64,000 nucleotides of DNA from assembly GCA_029256725.1 (NCBI GenBank), contig JAQSXJ010000046.1, positions 8,641 to 72,640 on the forward strand. Reading direction: 5' to 3'. Below are positions 21,301 to 35,181 of this stretch, one piece after another. The notes beneath the pieces were generated by a model. It was given only the letters and a program-made list of their open reading frames with translations, was not told where the DNA came from and did not search any database. Origin of the DNA: Anaerocolumna sp. GTDB taxonomy: Bacteria > Bacillota > Clostridia > Lachnospirales > Lachnospiraceae. The first letter of the stretch is position 1. Each line of letters starts with the position of its first letter. Position numbers and translations under genes: made by a program.

Positions 21301-24300
21301 GGATGGCACGTAGAACCGAAAGAGGGCCAGGATATAACCCAGGGAGCCTCCGGTATTATAGATTATACGATAAAAGTTACCTTTCAAAACGGTACTTTAA
21401 AAGCTGAGAATTATGACGGTAACAGTTCCGATGTAACAGCAGCTGCCCAAACAGGTTTAACCGAGATTCCCGCCCATGCACTTTGCGGTCCCTGTTGTAT
21501 CCATGATCTGCCTGCCATTGCAGATGTCTGGTATCAGGATGTGACTTACGATACTATCCAGATTACAAAGTGCAATGTATATAAGGTAGAGAAGGGGTAT
21601 GTTACCGATATGTCAGAAATAACCTATGACAGTGATAAAAATCTGATAGCAGGTATCACCCAGGGGGATCCGAATATCTTTTATAACATAGCTGCAAATA
21701 ATAATCCTGTATACCGGGAGGAGAAAATAACCAATGCATCAAAGATAGGAAGGATAAGGTATTCTCTGCAGGAAGCGCAAGGTGATAGGGTATATTATGA
21801 AGAGATGTCGATAGGGGTCGAGAAACGTACGAATAAGTGCGACGGGTTAAGCAGTGTACAAAGTCCACAAAATCCGGCACCTTTGGCTAAAAAGGGACAT
21901 GAACTGGGGTTTGCCAGCGGAATTTTATACAGTAACGGCATTACCTCAGGTTATGGGAATGCTGCCGGTATATCCATAACGACAGAGGATTTTATTTCTG
22001 ACAATAAAGTAACTTCTGCTACACTTAAACCGGTTTATATGAATAAATTGGATGCGAAAGATCTGCTTACGGATGAGTGGAAACGCTTCTATATCAGGCG
22101 CACCCAGGAAGTAACGGCTACTGTTATATCTGATATGCTTATATTACAGACCTCCAGCGGTGATCAAAGTCCTGTATATCATGAAGAAATAACAAAAGCG
22201 AAAGCACAGGAGGATTTTCCTTCTCTTTGGGCCTCCGGGGATGTGAAGAAAGTATCTACCCAGGAGGAGATAGATAGAAAATGGCTGAAGATGTGGGAGA
22301 ATAACGGATTCACTTTTGCCAATACCAAGCCGGATGCGATTAATGTTGGATCCTATAATGGAAAATACAATTTAACCTCGGCAAAATACCAGGGAACCGG
22401 AAAAAAAGAAAAAATAATTACCAGATTTGATAATGATATGGCCATATTTGCTAGTGCAGCAGATGAGCTGGGACTTGCGACAGTAAGGAGCAGCCAATCT
22501 TATAGCAAGCCGGTTAATGGAGCCGCTAATATTTCTTCACCGGGAAAATCCCAGGCTCGTATGGACAGAGTAACCGATCTGCTAATATATATTGATAAGA
22601 TCAAACAGAACCCAATCAATGAAAATGCTCAATATGAAACAGGTGAATCCTTTGTTTTCTACCGTCCTATCTTAAAGTATAAGCTGACCGGTGAAGAAGC
22701 AAAACTGATTACAGGCGAAGAGGTAATAAAGGATGTATTTTCGGAAGCTGAAAATGAAGTACTGAAAGGGGCAGGTTATCAGTACGGTCCGGGACTGCTT
22801 TATAAATCGAGATACTCAGCTTATGATGATGGGCTGGAGGATAAGGTTAACAATATTATTGTGTTAGATGCGGTATCCGTTCAAAATGCCATGATAGTGA
22901 AGTCGGAGGTTGAAGATCAACGTACAGAGGAAGGTATTGTAAAAGATGCTATGGATACCTTAAAGGCACTGGAGAAATGCCCCGGAACTCCTGAGCTGTG
23001 CGAATACCGTTATCTTAGCTGTAAATATACCCTTGATACCACCAGTCTGTCTTTTGACTTTGAAGATGAAATTACAGAAAGCAGTAATACGAGAGAGAAG
23101 GATATTTATAGTTCCTACGACGGGCAAATGATTGCGAGCAGTATTAAAAATAATGATGGAGCATTTCCTGCCTACGAACTTCCGAAAGGAATGGAATTAA
23201 CGTCAGGTGATATCAGTTATATTGGTTTTGGATCAGGAGCGTTCTTAAAAATAACAGAGAACGGAACAAGGTTGCAGCTGCCCTTCAATGATTGTAAGAT
23301 CAGCAGAACGGGCAGCTCCAGAGTACAGATTTCGGCGGATGTTTTTATTCCTGGAAGGCCGGAAAATAATCTGATGCTTTTTTCTATTGGCGGAGTTGGT
23401 TTATACCTTCCGAGAGGCGGAAGTTCACCCGCATTTATTACGAGTAATGAAAAGACCAGAACAGGTACTGCGGTAACTATTATAGGCAGAAAAGTAAAAA
23501 TAACGGTTACCTTCAGTCTTGGCTCACTTTATGACTGTGAACTTGAAGTAGATGGAATCAAAGTTATAAGTCAGATTACCAGCGGAGTTACAGAAGATCA
23601 GATTGCGGAAGCGGCTATAGAGGATGATATGAGAGGCAGCAGTGTTAATATGGGCAGCTGGGATTTTGACAATTCCTTCAGTACGAATTTTTATTTGGAT
23701 AATATTATCGTCAAAAGGTGCGGAGGAATACTGGAGCATACAGCAAGCTGCTATACGACCTACAAAAAGGAAAGATCTTTTTATCAGGATACGTTTAACG
23801 GGCTTACATCCCTAAATAACAGCATTGACTGGATAAGAAGTCATGATGACGGTAACTCCTATGGTGTTATAACTTCCTTTTCCAAACATGTGCACGATAC
23901 TTCCTGTCTGACTCAAAGCAGTCCAGGGTATCAGATTGCTTTGGCAGAGGCAAAGGAAGGCAACTGGGAAACTTTAAAGAAAGAACTGGGAACCGAACTT
24001 TTTGAAAAGTTAGTATCGAATTTTAAAATTGATGTGTCAAGTGGCAGTACAGGCAATATAAAAAGCGGCGATATCCTAAATTATTCTTATTCCGGTAATG
24101 TACAGACAGTAATCCTGCCAAAGGGTATTTATACTTTAGAAACCTATGGTGCCCAGGGTGGGAATGACAGCACTGCCGGAGGAAATGGAGGTTATGCGAA
24201 AGGTACACTGACACTTTTAAAAGCATCTACCTTATATCTTCAGGTGGGCGGTCAGGGTGCCGGTAGCGCATCCGGTTCCGGCGGTGGATATAATGGAGGT

Positions 24301-27300
24301 GGACACGCAGGCACAATCGGGTCCTCCGGAGGTGGTGGAGGAGCTACCTCCATAGCAACCGCCAACGGAAGTTTAAGCTCCCTGCTGCAAAATGCAGAAA
24401 CTAAAAATAAAGTGCTGCTGGTTGCGGGAGGAGGCGGTGGTGCCGGCAATAACCATACCGTAACCTCAAATACACCGTCTACCATTCCTTACACCGGAAA
24501 TACAAGTTATAATACCAGAAACGGAACCCTTGCAAAATCATTTGTTGCAGAGGGGAACGGTACAGTTACATTTAAATCAACGGATTTCACGGCGGATCCT
24601 TATGGATTTATATATGTTTACGATTCCACGGGGGCTTTAAGGAGCAGTACTTCCGATGATGATAGCGGCGGCAGCCTGCACTTTTCCTGCAGTGCTGCTG
24701 TATATCAGGGAGACAGAGTTGAATTTTATGCAGGAGCCTACAGTGCTTCGGGTTCCTGTAACTGGAGGATTGACTATACAGTCTTATCATCCACAAATAC
24801 ATATGTTGTAGGTGCCGGAGGTTTCGGTGGTGGTCCTGCCGGAGGAAACGGCGGTGAAGTTTATAATGCTCAGTATAATGGAACAGGAGGTTCGTCTGCT
24901 TCCTATTATGCTCTCGGACAGGGACAGTCACGCACCGGAGACGGAGGCGGTGGCGGAGGAGGCTACTATGGTGGATTTGCTGCCAATGCTGATGCAGGAG
25001 GCGGAGGAGGTTCGGGATATGTTACCTCACAATTGACAGGAGGTTCATTAAATAATGGAATTAACAGCGGAAACGGTAAGATTGTTATTACTGTTCTGGA
25101 AGCAAACCGCTTTCCTGATGAAACAGAACTGTTTAATTTTGTGAAGTCTGAAATGCACCTCATTCCTGATAGGGTAACGACGGATGGAGTAACAATAGTC
25201 AATCCCATCTGGACCTGCAGATTGATTAATAATACCGAAAAATCATATACGGTGCAGACGCTGCTGACTTGTATGGAACCACATCATTCAGGGGGGCATT
25301 ATGATTATTCCAATGATATTTGCTGGAGTGCCTGCGAAAAGGATGAAAACCATAAAGCCACCATTGAGGAAGCAATTGATGCGAATGGAGCTAAAATAGA
25401 GCAGGCAGCATATATAACCCTGGATAATTTTTTTAAAGTATATTTCCCTAATACAGGTGATTTTTATGGAAATGGGTCTTATGGTATTCCAGAGCCTGTA
25501 ATCAGCAGAGGCAAAGGGTATAACCAGAACATGGATACCACAGAATGGACAAGGGAGAAATATGTTAAATTCGACTATGATGTTTTATATGAGCGGAATG
25601 GAGTGTGGGAAAATCACACAGCAGGTGAATGGATTTCTTTGGAAGTCGTAGATAAGTCAACAACAAGAAAGTATCCATTAATAGGCGGAACAACACTCAA
25701 TTTGCAAGAAAATACTTATCTGTTCGATAAAACCAATCATTTATTGACTTATAACGGAGGAAGTACGACCTTATTGGAAGGTGGTAACCTGGCTGTCATT
25801 GACGGTAAGATATTTGAAATAAATAATGATGGAACAGTCAATGTGAGCGCTCCAAAAACAGATTACAATTTTTACTGTCTGCTGGCTAATGACGAAGTAT
25901 CCTGTGCTGAAGTTCAGTATTCAGTAGAAGGAATTAATTATAATGGACAGAGCAGTAAAGAGACGCCCTATACTGGAGATGGTAATTTTCAAAGTGAATT
26001 CAGTGTTTATAATTACGGTAATTTATATGCTACCAATAAACAGAGATTTTATAATTTCACTGCTAAGCATACTGCCGCAAAGCTGGCCTACCTTGATATT
26101 GTCGGACGTATAGGCAATTTTATAATTGAAGATACGGATGATATGCGTTTTAGTAATTTCTTTAAAAAACCCATTGCAGAGAACAGCAGTGATTGGTATA
26201 TTGAAGGAATTATCTCAAGAGTAGACAGCTCCATTACTGAAAATTATTTATCCTGGCACAGAAACTCAGCTGGGTATCCTTTGGCTGTGGATGTACGTGG
26301 TGAGCAGGTTAATGAAGCAAATGGATACTATAATACTTGGGGAACACAGGGATGGACAGTGAAAGCCAATAGTCAAAGTATGGGAGTCTCTGCCGATAAG
26401 AATACAAAGGCGGCCTTACAGGAGCAGCAGCTTAAGCTTGGTTATAATGTAATGTTTGATATTACGACGCTAGGTAATTACAATCAATATTTGCAGATAA
26501 TTCCATACTTTTATGCACTTAATACCAGGACCAATGAACTCATTCCCGTCGATGTATATATCAGTGATGATGGTGTTACAAGACCCATTAATTATTTCGG
26601 ATTGTATTCCGAATATATGGATGATGATGGGAATTATATAAAGGGATATGAGGAATTATCAAAAAATCTATATCGATATAATATGTATTTAAACTGGACG
26701 AATGAAGCGGCCAGAAGAAATTATACCTCAGGGGGCATGGAATCTCAGGTTACTGACCGGGTAAGGGATTATTTCACAGAGGAGATTTATGATGCTAACG
26801 GAGAAATTTCCGGCTATAAATATTTGACGGTACCTTATGGTAACTATTTTAATCTGGGAACCATACAATGCCTCCAGCCGGGACGCAGAGCCAGAACCTT
26901 TGTAGGAAAAAGTAGCGTAACTGCAATACAGCAACAATCTGCAAGATTGGGAATTACTGCAAATGGAATTAATGGAGGAATAGATACCAACTTAAACGGA
27001 GATTACCGCAATGAAATATTTTATCGCCAGGCACAAAGGTGGCATCTTACAATGGGACTTCCGTCCTCTGCTATATTTACGGCTTATAGGGAGAAGGGAG
27101 TGCATATAACACCGGAAGACGAGTGGTATGAAACCTCTTATGTTCAGGAAGACATGACAAAGACGAAACAGTTCTCCAAAGTATTCCTTACATCAAAGAC
27201 AGGTGATAAAGAGTATGCCATCGGAAATAGATTTCAGCTTGATGGCATTGAATATACGATAACCGGTAAATACAGTGCCGGAAAGGAATTCTATGGTAAT

Positions 27301-27498
27301 GATTATGTAATCATAATGACTGTGGACATAAAAGCAATCGGAGAAGTATGGAACTTAAAATATGAAACCGGTGAAGATAACGGAAATATTGATATCAGAG
27401 GGAATAAATATCATTTTGGCAGCAGTATTCCGACATTTATAGCAGCATACGATACCGTATCCTCATTAGTGGATATATCAACAGAACACACACATTAA
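18305..27498 (+). pseudogene. Giant secreted/membrane-anchored protein, paralog A, split by a frameshift near 20340-20380
   Basis: ORFs 18305-20380 and 20473-27498 are together collinear with the 3504-aa ORF at 41230; the second frame reads NYPSSSWHSEEPALAYAELKEG upstream of its Met; LamG-like and glycine-rich (ALK/LTK-like) domains. Confidence 0.8.
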
Positions 27499-27796
27499 AG
27501 CTACAAATCATATTTGCAGAAGCTGTTACAGGGAGTATTCTTTAGCAGCTTCTGTTTTGCTGCTTGGATGGATTTCCTTTTTTCAGAACATATATAGGTT
27601 AAATTAAAATTTTTACCTTCTTCAGATATAAAAGCTTACCTAATATAATCAAGTCTTATCATATTAGAATGAGAAAAACTAAAATCAATGTAGAAAAACA
27701 GAAAATACGAAAAAATATTACAAATTATAAATAAATCTGTCATATTAAAAATAAAAGAAAGTGTAACAGATGTAAGGTAACAGGGGGGATTTTATA

Positions 27797-28819
27797 ATGA
27801 CAAAAGAAGATTTATTTGCAGCAAAAGGGGATAGTATTAAACTTAAGTTTATAAGAAATAACCTTGGATTATCTATTGATGAGTTTTCGAAAAAAACCGA
27901 AATAAATCTCAGTTTTTTGAATCTTCTTGAAAAGGGTTATCTGCCGTTATCAGCAAGAGATAAGAGAAAAATCGGAGAAGCTTTCGGTTTGCAGGAAAAT
28001 TGGTTTGATATAGTAGATATAAGTGATTTTAAGGACTCCAATGACTTGAATTCAAATGATACTAATGATCTTAAAGAAACTAATAAGTCGACAGAATCAA
28101 CTATTCCGGTAGATAAAACGTTATCCTTGCACAACATAGCGATAAACTCCGGTGATGCCTTAAAGACAATTCGAACTGCAATGGGTCTGTCAAGGAAGGA
28201 TATAGCAGATGCGATTGATATTACATCAGTTCAGATAGGATATATAGAAACGGGCAAAAGAACCTTAACGGATAAGGTAAAAAATAAGCTTAATGAGTAT
28301 TTTCGAACGAATACAATAAGGCTGAATGATTTATATGCAAAAGATCAAGAAATTATTAAACAGTTACTGGAGAGTAAAGAGGAGTTACCGGATAATAAAA
28401 ACGACAGTCTGACCGATGAAGAAATTTTGAAGCAAGTAAGAGTAATAAAAAGAAGGAAAGAATACACCCAGGCTGCCATTTCTGATAAATCAGGGGTGAA
28501 CAGAAGTCAGTTCAGTCTGATTGAAAATGGTAAGATGCAGCTAAGCCGACGAATTAGAGAAAAATTATTAGAATTTATTGAGTCGGAAGAGGAGCTTGTT
28601 AACAGTGCCACTGAACAGGACGATTCAGGAAAAACCACAGCAGTGGATTCCTCTAACTTTACCGTGGTTCCCGAAAATAAAAATAATTTTAGCAATTTTA
28701 CAAAAGACTTAACTACCAATAAATACGAACTTATTAAAGTCATAGATTCCATGAAGAAATCAAGAGATGAATTAATCCTGAATATAAATATGCTGGAAAA
28801 GGTTGTAAGTTATATGTGA
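27797..28819 (+). CDS. XRE-family regulator with three helix-turn-helix domains
   Basis: LKFIRNNLGLS..LEKG, LKTIRTAMGLS..IETGKR and YTQAAIS..SLIENG repeats. Confidence 0.85.
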   Translation: MTKEDLFAAKGDSIKLKFIRNNLGLSIDEFSKKTEINLSFLNLLEKGYLPLSARDKRKIGEAFGLQENWFDIVDISDFKDSNDLNSNDTNDLKETNKSTESTIPVDKTLSLHNIAINSGDALKTIRTAMGLSRKDIADAIDITSVQIGYIETGKRTLTDKVKNKLNEYFRTNTIRLNDLYAKDQEIIKQLLESKEELPDNKNDSLTDEEILKQVRVIKRRKEYTQAAISDKSGVNRSQFSLIENGKMQLSRRIREKLLEFIESEEELVNSATEQDDSGKTTAVDSSNFTVVPENKNNFSNFTKDLTTNKYELIKVIDSMKKSRDELILNINMLEKVVSYM

Positions 28820-28871
28820 ATATAATTTTGTAAGGAGGTATAAATGAAAGAGTTTACTGTCTGCTGCCTCC

Positions 28872-29603
28872 TTATATCTTTTTAATGTTTCTTTTTCTTC
28901 TGGATTTATTTTTTCGAGATCTTATTCTGTAGATATTTAAACTTGTTCCCAATAAAAGAAAGATTCCTGCTATTACTATTAATTTATAAAGTAATATCTG
29001 CTGATTCAGGTTCAGATAAAAAGAGGTACTCATTTGGGCCATAATGCGAATTTCTTGTGTATCTTTGTCTGCCGCTAAAGATAAAGCGTCCGGGTCATCA
29101 ATAAAATTAATCACGTCCTTTATCAGAGCATCACTGCCGTAAGTCATATAGTTTAAGGTTGTAAACAATGATTCGCAGGTTTTATGTAGAGGAATGGAAG
29201 CAGTCTTGAATTCTATAGCCTTGTTATAATCCTGTATTTCGATAAGTGATGACCTTAATGTATCAAGCGCTTCTGGGTTATTTGTCCCACTTTTGGCATC
29301 AGAAGGTTTACCGGTGCTAATGCTATCAAGATATTGTTTTTTCAAGGCAGCTGATTTATTAATAATATCTGAGGAAATTTCCATTTTCATACAAGCAATA
29401 TCGGTAAAATAAGAATCCTCATGAACATATTTCTTACCAAAACAGGTCTCGTAATCGTTATTCACAGTATTAAAAATGACTTTAGCTTTGGTATTTATGT
29501 AAGCCAGACTTATTATAGGCGTTAGAACAGCTATTAAAGAAATTAATATCATACATATATTGCAGGCTGTAAACAGTACTTTGGATGATTTTCGGACATT
29601 CAT
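28872..29603 (-). CDS. Hypothetical membrane protein (2 TM helices flanking an extracellular domain)
   Basis: Hydrophobic N- and C-terminal helices, basic tail, GGAG RBS. Confidence 0.65.
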   Translation of the reverse strand: MNVRKSSKVLFTACNICMILISLIAVLTPIISLAYINTKAKVIFNTVNNDYETCFGKKYVHEDSYFTDIACMKMEISSDIINKSAALKKQYLDSISTGKPSDAKSGTNNPEALDTLRSSLIEIQDYNKAIEFKTASIPLHKTCESLFTTLNYMTYGSDALIKDVINFIDDPDALSLAADKDTQEIRIMAQMSTSFYLNLNQQILLYKLIVIAGIFLLLGTSLNIYRIRSRKNKSRRKRNIKKI

Positions 29604-29622
29604 ATAATTTTGCTCCTATAGT

Positions 29623-30315
29623 TCAGATACTTATGATATGTTTAATTTTTGATTTCAGTTTCTTTTCTTTCAGAACGGATTCGAAACGGTAAAATTGGAA
29701 ATACAATTCATTTTTTTGATTATTTGGCAGAGCACAATGTACAAATTCAAGAGGACTATCGAAGAGGTCCATGCAAACACCTGCCAGGCGGAATTGCCGC
29801 AGGGTAGACATAACCTTCGGATTGGAAAAATAGTAATAAATTTCTTCTACGGAAGAAAAAGTAAAGTACTCTCTTAAAAGATATTGAAGACATATACATG
29901 CTCTGAGTTCGCCACCGGAACCGTTAAAAAAGTTCTTAGAGAATTTTCCGTTTTCCTGTCCGAGTACTCGTTGATAAGAAAGAATCACAAGATGCCTCAT
30001 ATTGTAAGGAATATCATTAGGGTATAGCAGGTGAGCTACATAAAAACAGTCCTTGCGACGGGTAAGTTCTTCCGGAAATATAAGATATTTATAAGGTGTT
30101 AGTAAATGCAGTCCTTTGATTATATCCATATTGAGAGTTTCTGCTGTTTCTGCAGGAGACCAACAAAGAATATTTTCTACAGCATAGCGAAAAACAGCAA
30201 GTGCTAATTTATGATTGTTATAATCATTGTAACAGAAGAAACTTGCAGATAAATTGACTCCTTCGTCTTTTGACAGTATTTTTTCATACTCCATGATAAT
30301 AGTTTGCGTATCCAT
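29623..30315 (-). CDS. Hypothetical protein with an internal repeat (DUF4046-like)
   Basis: Two repeats of YxxIL....G.....FF.......A....Y....L; GAGGGG RBS. Confidence 0.55.
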   Translation of the reverse strand: MDTQTIIMEYEKILSKDEGVNLSASFFCYNDYNNHKLALAVFRYAVENILCWSPAETAETLNMDIIKGLHLLTPYKYLIFPEELTRRKDCFYVAHLLYPNDIPYNMRHLVILSYQRVLGQENGKFSKNFFNGSGGELRACICLQYLLREYFTFSSVEEIYYYFSNPKVMSTLRQFRLAGVCMDLFDSPLEFVHCALPNNQKNELYFQFYRFESVLKEKKLKSKIKHIISI

Positions 30316-30583
30316 AATCCCCTCATCCTTTTTATTAGTATATTTCTAATAATATGACAGATAAAAGTACAAAATGTTGAACTATAGACACAAAATGGGT
30401 ATAAAGTACTAGAACGGAAACGGGTTATCAGCGAAGAATGCTGAGCAATGTCAAATAAATTCGATTTATGTTTCGTTTTCATGTGAAAGAATTGTAGCTA
30501 AGTATCCGTTTTTTTGCACAATATAAAAAAAATCAATCATATTGTATAAAAATCATGACTTAGTTAGAAAAGAGGATTTGTAT

Positions 30584-31201
30584 ATGTTTTTAAAATTAAA
30601 AACAAAATTTTATATCTTAAAAACAAAAAGTAAAATAATGTTATTCATATTGATAACCTTGCTAGTAAGTGCAGGTATCATAGCAGGTTTTATGTTAAAG
30701 GCTAAAAAGACGGATCTGCCGGCTATAGGTAAAACAAAAACAGAGGCAGAGATTTCTCGGGAGAAGGATAATTTACAGGATGGTATCAGTGGGCGTGATA
30801 TCAAAAACAAATACGAGGTAATAAAAGGCACAGACTTTGCATTACTTGTTACGACAATGGATTTATTAAAAGGGATAGAGGCAAGTGAAAAGAAAGAGAA
30901 TTATCGATACATATTAGAAAACGATAACAGCAACAGAATTAGTCTGATCAAAGATGCAGAAGGGAGTTACTGGGATGCCGTATTTGTTAATTATAACAGG
31001 CTGTTAAAAGATACAGTCGTTACAAAAGATATCTCCGGAGGTTATATAGCACCCTACGGATTTTCAGACAAAGGTGAAACAAAATTTAATAAATATTCTG
31101 AAAGCAAGTCTATTGTCATTGAAGAGGAGGCCGTGTTTTCGGAATACCCAATTTATGATGGAAGCTACAAGGAAATAGGAATTCTATATATCGAAAAATG
31201 A
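30584..31201 (+). CDS. Hypothetical membrane-anchored protein
   Basis: Single N-terminal TM helix; GAGGA RBS. Confidence 0.6.
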   Translation: MFLKLKTKFYILKTKSKIMLFILITLLVSAGIIAGFMLKAKKTDLPAIGKTKTEAEISREKDNLQDGISGRDIKNKYEVIKGTDFALLVTTMDLLKGIEASEKKENYRYILENDNSNRISLIKDAEGSYWDAVFVNYNRLLKDTVVTKDISGGYIAPYGFSDKGETKFNKYSESKSIVIEEEAVFSEYPIYDGSYKEIGILYIEK

Positions 31202-31262
31202 AATTAATCCCTGTTAGGAATACGGTAGGGGTAAAAAGCTTATAACAACGGAGGATAAATTT

Positions 31263-32162
31263 ATGGATGGAATCTTAGAAAGCAATGTAAAGAAAAGAAA
31301 AAAAGGAAAAAGTTCGGTAGGAAAAAACAAAAGGAACAGTAAAATTTTTTTCATAGCTGTATTGGGAATTCTTTTAGCAGCAGCAGGTATCCGATTATTT
31401 CTCTATTTTAATGCAGACAGTAAAACATCACAGGTAATTAAGTTTGATACAGAAGAAGTTATGAGAATAAATGATGAAAAAGTTGTGATGAATGAATTTC
31501 TGCTCTATGCAGCAGATGTTTATCAGGGATATAATCTCCAAAATGAGGCGAATTGGAATATGGAAGTGTCAGATTCGAGCAGCAATACGATTACTTTCGA
31601 GAAACAGGTTAAGGGGACCATTTGTGAACAAATCAGAATGACAAAAGTTCTGTGTATGATAGCAAAGGAGCAAGGAATTGTCCTTTCAGAAGATGAGAAA
31701 AATATCCTTCTGGAGAATGCTAACACTTATTATGGAGATTTGAATGCGGCAAAAGTAGTGGATAAGACATTAACTGTTGATCTGATAGCAAAATTCTATG
31801 GAGAGAATGCATTAGCACAAAAAGTGTATAACAGTATTATTGACAGTTATGATGAGAGTCAGGATGCAGTAGAAGATAGTGACAGCGGAAATACAGAATT
31901 ATCTGCCAACGAAATGTACTTCATAGAAAAATATCATAATCTGGCAGATGAATATAATGGAGAATATGATTATTATACGTCAATTAACTGGGGCTTATTA
32001 GAACAGTTATCTTTTGCAGAAATAGGAAAAGATGATACAGAAGGGGCACAATCGACAGAAACAGATACGTCTGAGAAAAACAATGCAATAACAGATAAGG
32101 CACAGGAAGCAACCCAGGCAAATACGGCAGAAACCGGCACAGGGGATTCGACTGGAAATTAA
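31263..32162 (+). CDS. Membrane-anchored SurA/PrsA N-terminal-like chaperone
   Basis: TM helix; VMRINDEKV..EF.LY and AKEQGIVLSEDEK motifs; no PPIase domain seen. Confidence 0.6.
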   Translation: MDGILESNVKKRKKGKSSVGKNKRNSKIFFIAVLGILLAAAGIRLFLYFNADSKTSQVIKFDTEEVMRINDEKVVMNEFLLYAADVYQGYNLQNEANWNMEVSDSSSNTITFEKQVKGTICEQIRMTKVLCMIAKEQGIVLSEDEKNILLENANTYYGDLNAAKVVDKTLTVDLIAKFYGENALAQKVYNSIIDSYDESQDAVEDSDSGNTELSANEMYFIEKYHNLADEYNGEYDYYTSINWGLLEQLSFAEIGKDDTEGAQSTETDTSEKNNAITDKAQEATQANTAETGTGDSTGN

Positions 32163-32189
32163 TATACATAACAATATGAGGTAAAAACA

Positions 32190-34480
32190 ATGAAGGCAGT
32201 ACAGATTCTATTTGCGCTTGAGAAGTATGAAGAAGAAAAGTTGCAAAAGGGTATAGAGATATTAAGTATGATGGGAATAGGGATAAGTAGTGTATACAAG
32301 GCAGGGTCCAGAGATGAAATTACAGAAATTATTCTATCCTGTCCGGAAATAAATGTTATCATTGTTTCAGAACAATTAAAGGGTTTTTTCACAATTAATG
32401 ACTTTAGGATATTTCAAGCTGATAACAGAATTATTATTCCCGTCATCAACCGGTTAAAAAAAGGAGATCCGGAAGCTATCGGTTATTATTTTAATTATAA
32501 TTTTTATAATCTGCTGTTTGATGAGGAAAACCTGATGGGTGAGATTGGAGATATTATTTTAAATGGCAGGACAAGAGAAACAGCAGCATTTTACGCCGGC
32601 ATTGGCCAAGGAGAATCAGAAAGAGAAAACAACCAGACAGGAGCTAGGAAGAGTATAGCAGGATTATATACAGAGGATATTAAATTTACGGTATCCGACC
32701 CTGGTGAGAGGATACAGCCTGTATTCAGCAGCAAAGCGGTATTAATAGGATTCTGCGGTAACGATTTTGATTTTGAATGTACACTGACTGCAATTTCTGC
32801 TGCAAATTATATTGCGGCTGCCGGGCATAAGGTTGCTTTAATTGAACCGGATTTTTCAAAAGGAAATCTGTTAGATCAGTTAATTCCCTGCCTATCTGAA
32901 AATAATGTAATCAGTTGCGGAAAGGTAGATTACTATTCTTTGTGGAATCTGGAAGAGAGTATCAAGCCTGCTGATGTAGTTATAATGGATTTCAGTGGTA
33001 TGAACAATGAAGATTCCTTATATCTTGGTAAAATGAATAAAGTGTTCGTATGTTCCGATATTATATTATCAAATATAAACCGCTCGGCGAAACATCAGAA
33101 CAATAGCAGTTTTAAGTATTCGGTATTGTACAGGGATGATTCAAAAGATAGAGCCGGATATAAGGAGGAGGGTTTTGACGTATTTAGAGTATGCTCCCAG
33201 GAATTGGTTCAATTGGTTAATGCAACATTGACAGGATACGGAATAAAGCTGGGAGATTATGCTAACATCAGTTACAGCAGTACAATAAATGAGATGAATG
33301 ACTTAAACAGAGCAGATTTTTTTGAGTGCAACAAGAACATGTCATTGGTGGAACGACAGACAAAGGATAATGATATCGATATGCCATCGGAATTCGAAGA
33401 ACAGGTTAGGATACCTCAGCCTGTTAAGCCGATACCGAGTCTGCCAAAGCAAGCACAGAGTCCGGTAAACGAAAAAACGAACGTAGCACAGGAAAATAAA
33501 TTGAAAATACCGGAGACATCTCAGCAGCTGCAGCAAATAAAAAATATGCCTGAAAATCCCCAAAATACCAGACCTTTAGAAGTAAACAGGAATTATAATG
33601 AAGTAAGGAAAAACAATCAAGATGCTGACATGCATTCTAATACTGCGAAGACAACTTATCAGAATTATCTTAAGAATAATCTTCAGGTGGACGATGATAG
33701 AAAAACGATGCAGATACCAGGGGCTTCGATGGAAAATGGAATAATGGATGGCAATAATACTGTTTATACAAATGTCAGTCCGGAAGAATACTCGGGCTAC
33801 AATTATAATGAGGACAACAAGGATGGAGATAAGCGATATGAAGATAAGCGATATGAAGATGCCGATTTGGTAAAGGAAACCACAGTGTTGAATTATATAG
33901 ATGAAACCAGAAACAAATTCAGAAAAAAACTTACTGCAAACCAAGTGTTATGCGGAAAGGAAACTATCTTCATAACAGGTTTAAAACATGCTGCGGTTGT
34001 ACCCACACAGGAATAAGTTTCGCCCACTATATAATTAAAAATTTCCCGGAGAATATCTGTATATGCCATAAAAAGGGTGCCTATGACCTGGAAAATAAAG
34101 ATATAACGGAGTATACCAAAGATACGGATTATGACAGCGTCTTTGGAACGAACCGGTTTATAATCTATGATTGCGGTATTCTGGGTGAACTAAATGCAGA
34201 TCAGCTGGTTGAATTAAAACGTTGTAATATAAAAATTATGATTTGCAATGGTGATGAGAAATACCTTGGTATCTTATCGAATTTCATCAGACAGCTTGGA
34301 AATACATCAAATGAATGGATTTTTGCGTTCAATCTGGTAACTTCGAGGGAGAAGGAGATATTAATACGAAGAATAATGGATGGTTATAAAATTTGTTTTA
34401 TTCCGTTACATGATAGTGAAATCCCCCCTAAAAAAGTATCTAAAATGTGGGATTCTGTTTTAAAAAGAAATTTATTATAA
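32190..34480 (+). pseudogene. Receiver-like plus degenerate ParA/MinD-like (CpaE/TadZ-like) protein, frameshifted near 33990
   Basis: Adding one G at 33990 restores ITGLKHGCGCTHTGISF (deviant P-loop) and joins ORFs 32190-34016 and 33950-34480; KVALIE, VVIMDF and IIYDCG motifs. Confidence 0.65.
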
Positions 34481-34860
34481 TACACTATATAATTCCGGAA
34501 ATTTATTTCGACGTGAATCTAAATATTAATTAACAGTTCGACAAAAATGGGAATATATTACTATTGAATATAGTGATATTTTTTGTGTATATTTTATATA
34601 GTTAGTCATGTAACTAAAAAACTAAACAAAAATTAAAAAAAACTTAAACCATTATTTATTGTTTTATGTTATAATATAGATATTAATTAGTGAGTATTCT
34701 TACCACTCCCCAATCCTTATATGTAGTTATCATTGGACTTACAGTATTAACAGGTAATAGCTATGATAATTAATTGACAGAATCATACACTAATGCAATT
34801 CTGATGTCATAGATAACAGTATATCTATGTATAATAGCATAAAGAAAGGAGTATAATCCA

Positions 34861-35181
34861 ATGGATAATACTGTTACAAAAATTAATTATCTGGATATGA
34901 TCAGCGATAGCTTATGTGAATATGTTATTGGTAAGTTTTACAGTCAAATGACTTATAAAGTAATAACAGCATTTCTTATAAACGATAAAGCAATTATTCA
35001 TACGTCTAATGGTCAAACTGTTATTGAGCATGGGCTGGAGCCTAGTGTTAATATAATTAATAGAATGAAAGAGATAAGCGGAAATGAAACCATTGAGGAC
35101 AAAGCAATAAGTATACATATTGGTGATTGGGAAATAACAGCGCTGGAAAACGAAAATGCAGTTCATATAACTCAAAAATAA
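34861..35181 (+). CDS. Hypothetical protein
   Basis: 106-aa ORF with AAGGAG RBS and a downstream hairpin. Confidence 0.6.
   Translation: MDNTVTKINYLDMISDSLCEYVIGKFYSQMTYKVITAFLINDKAIIHTSNGQTVIEHGLEPSVNIINRMKEISGNETIEDKAISIHIGDWEITALENENAVHITQK

Noticed and set aside
24160-25030. GGN-rich low-complexity tracts as DNA repeats
   Set aside because: Explained by glycine-rich protein domains; the same applies to 47900-49330.
33828-33860. 15-bp tandem duplication GATAAGCGATATGAA
   Set aside because: In-frame two-copy duplication (DKRYE) in a low-complexity linker; trivial.
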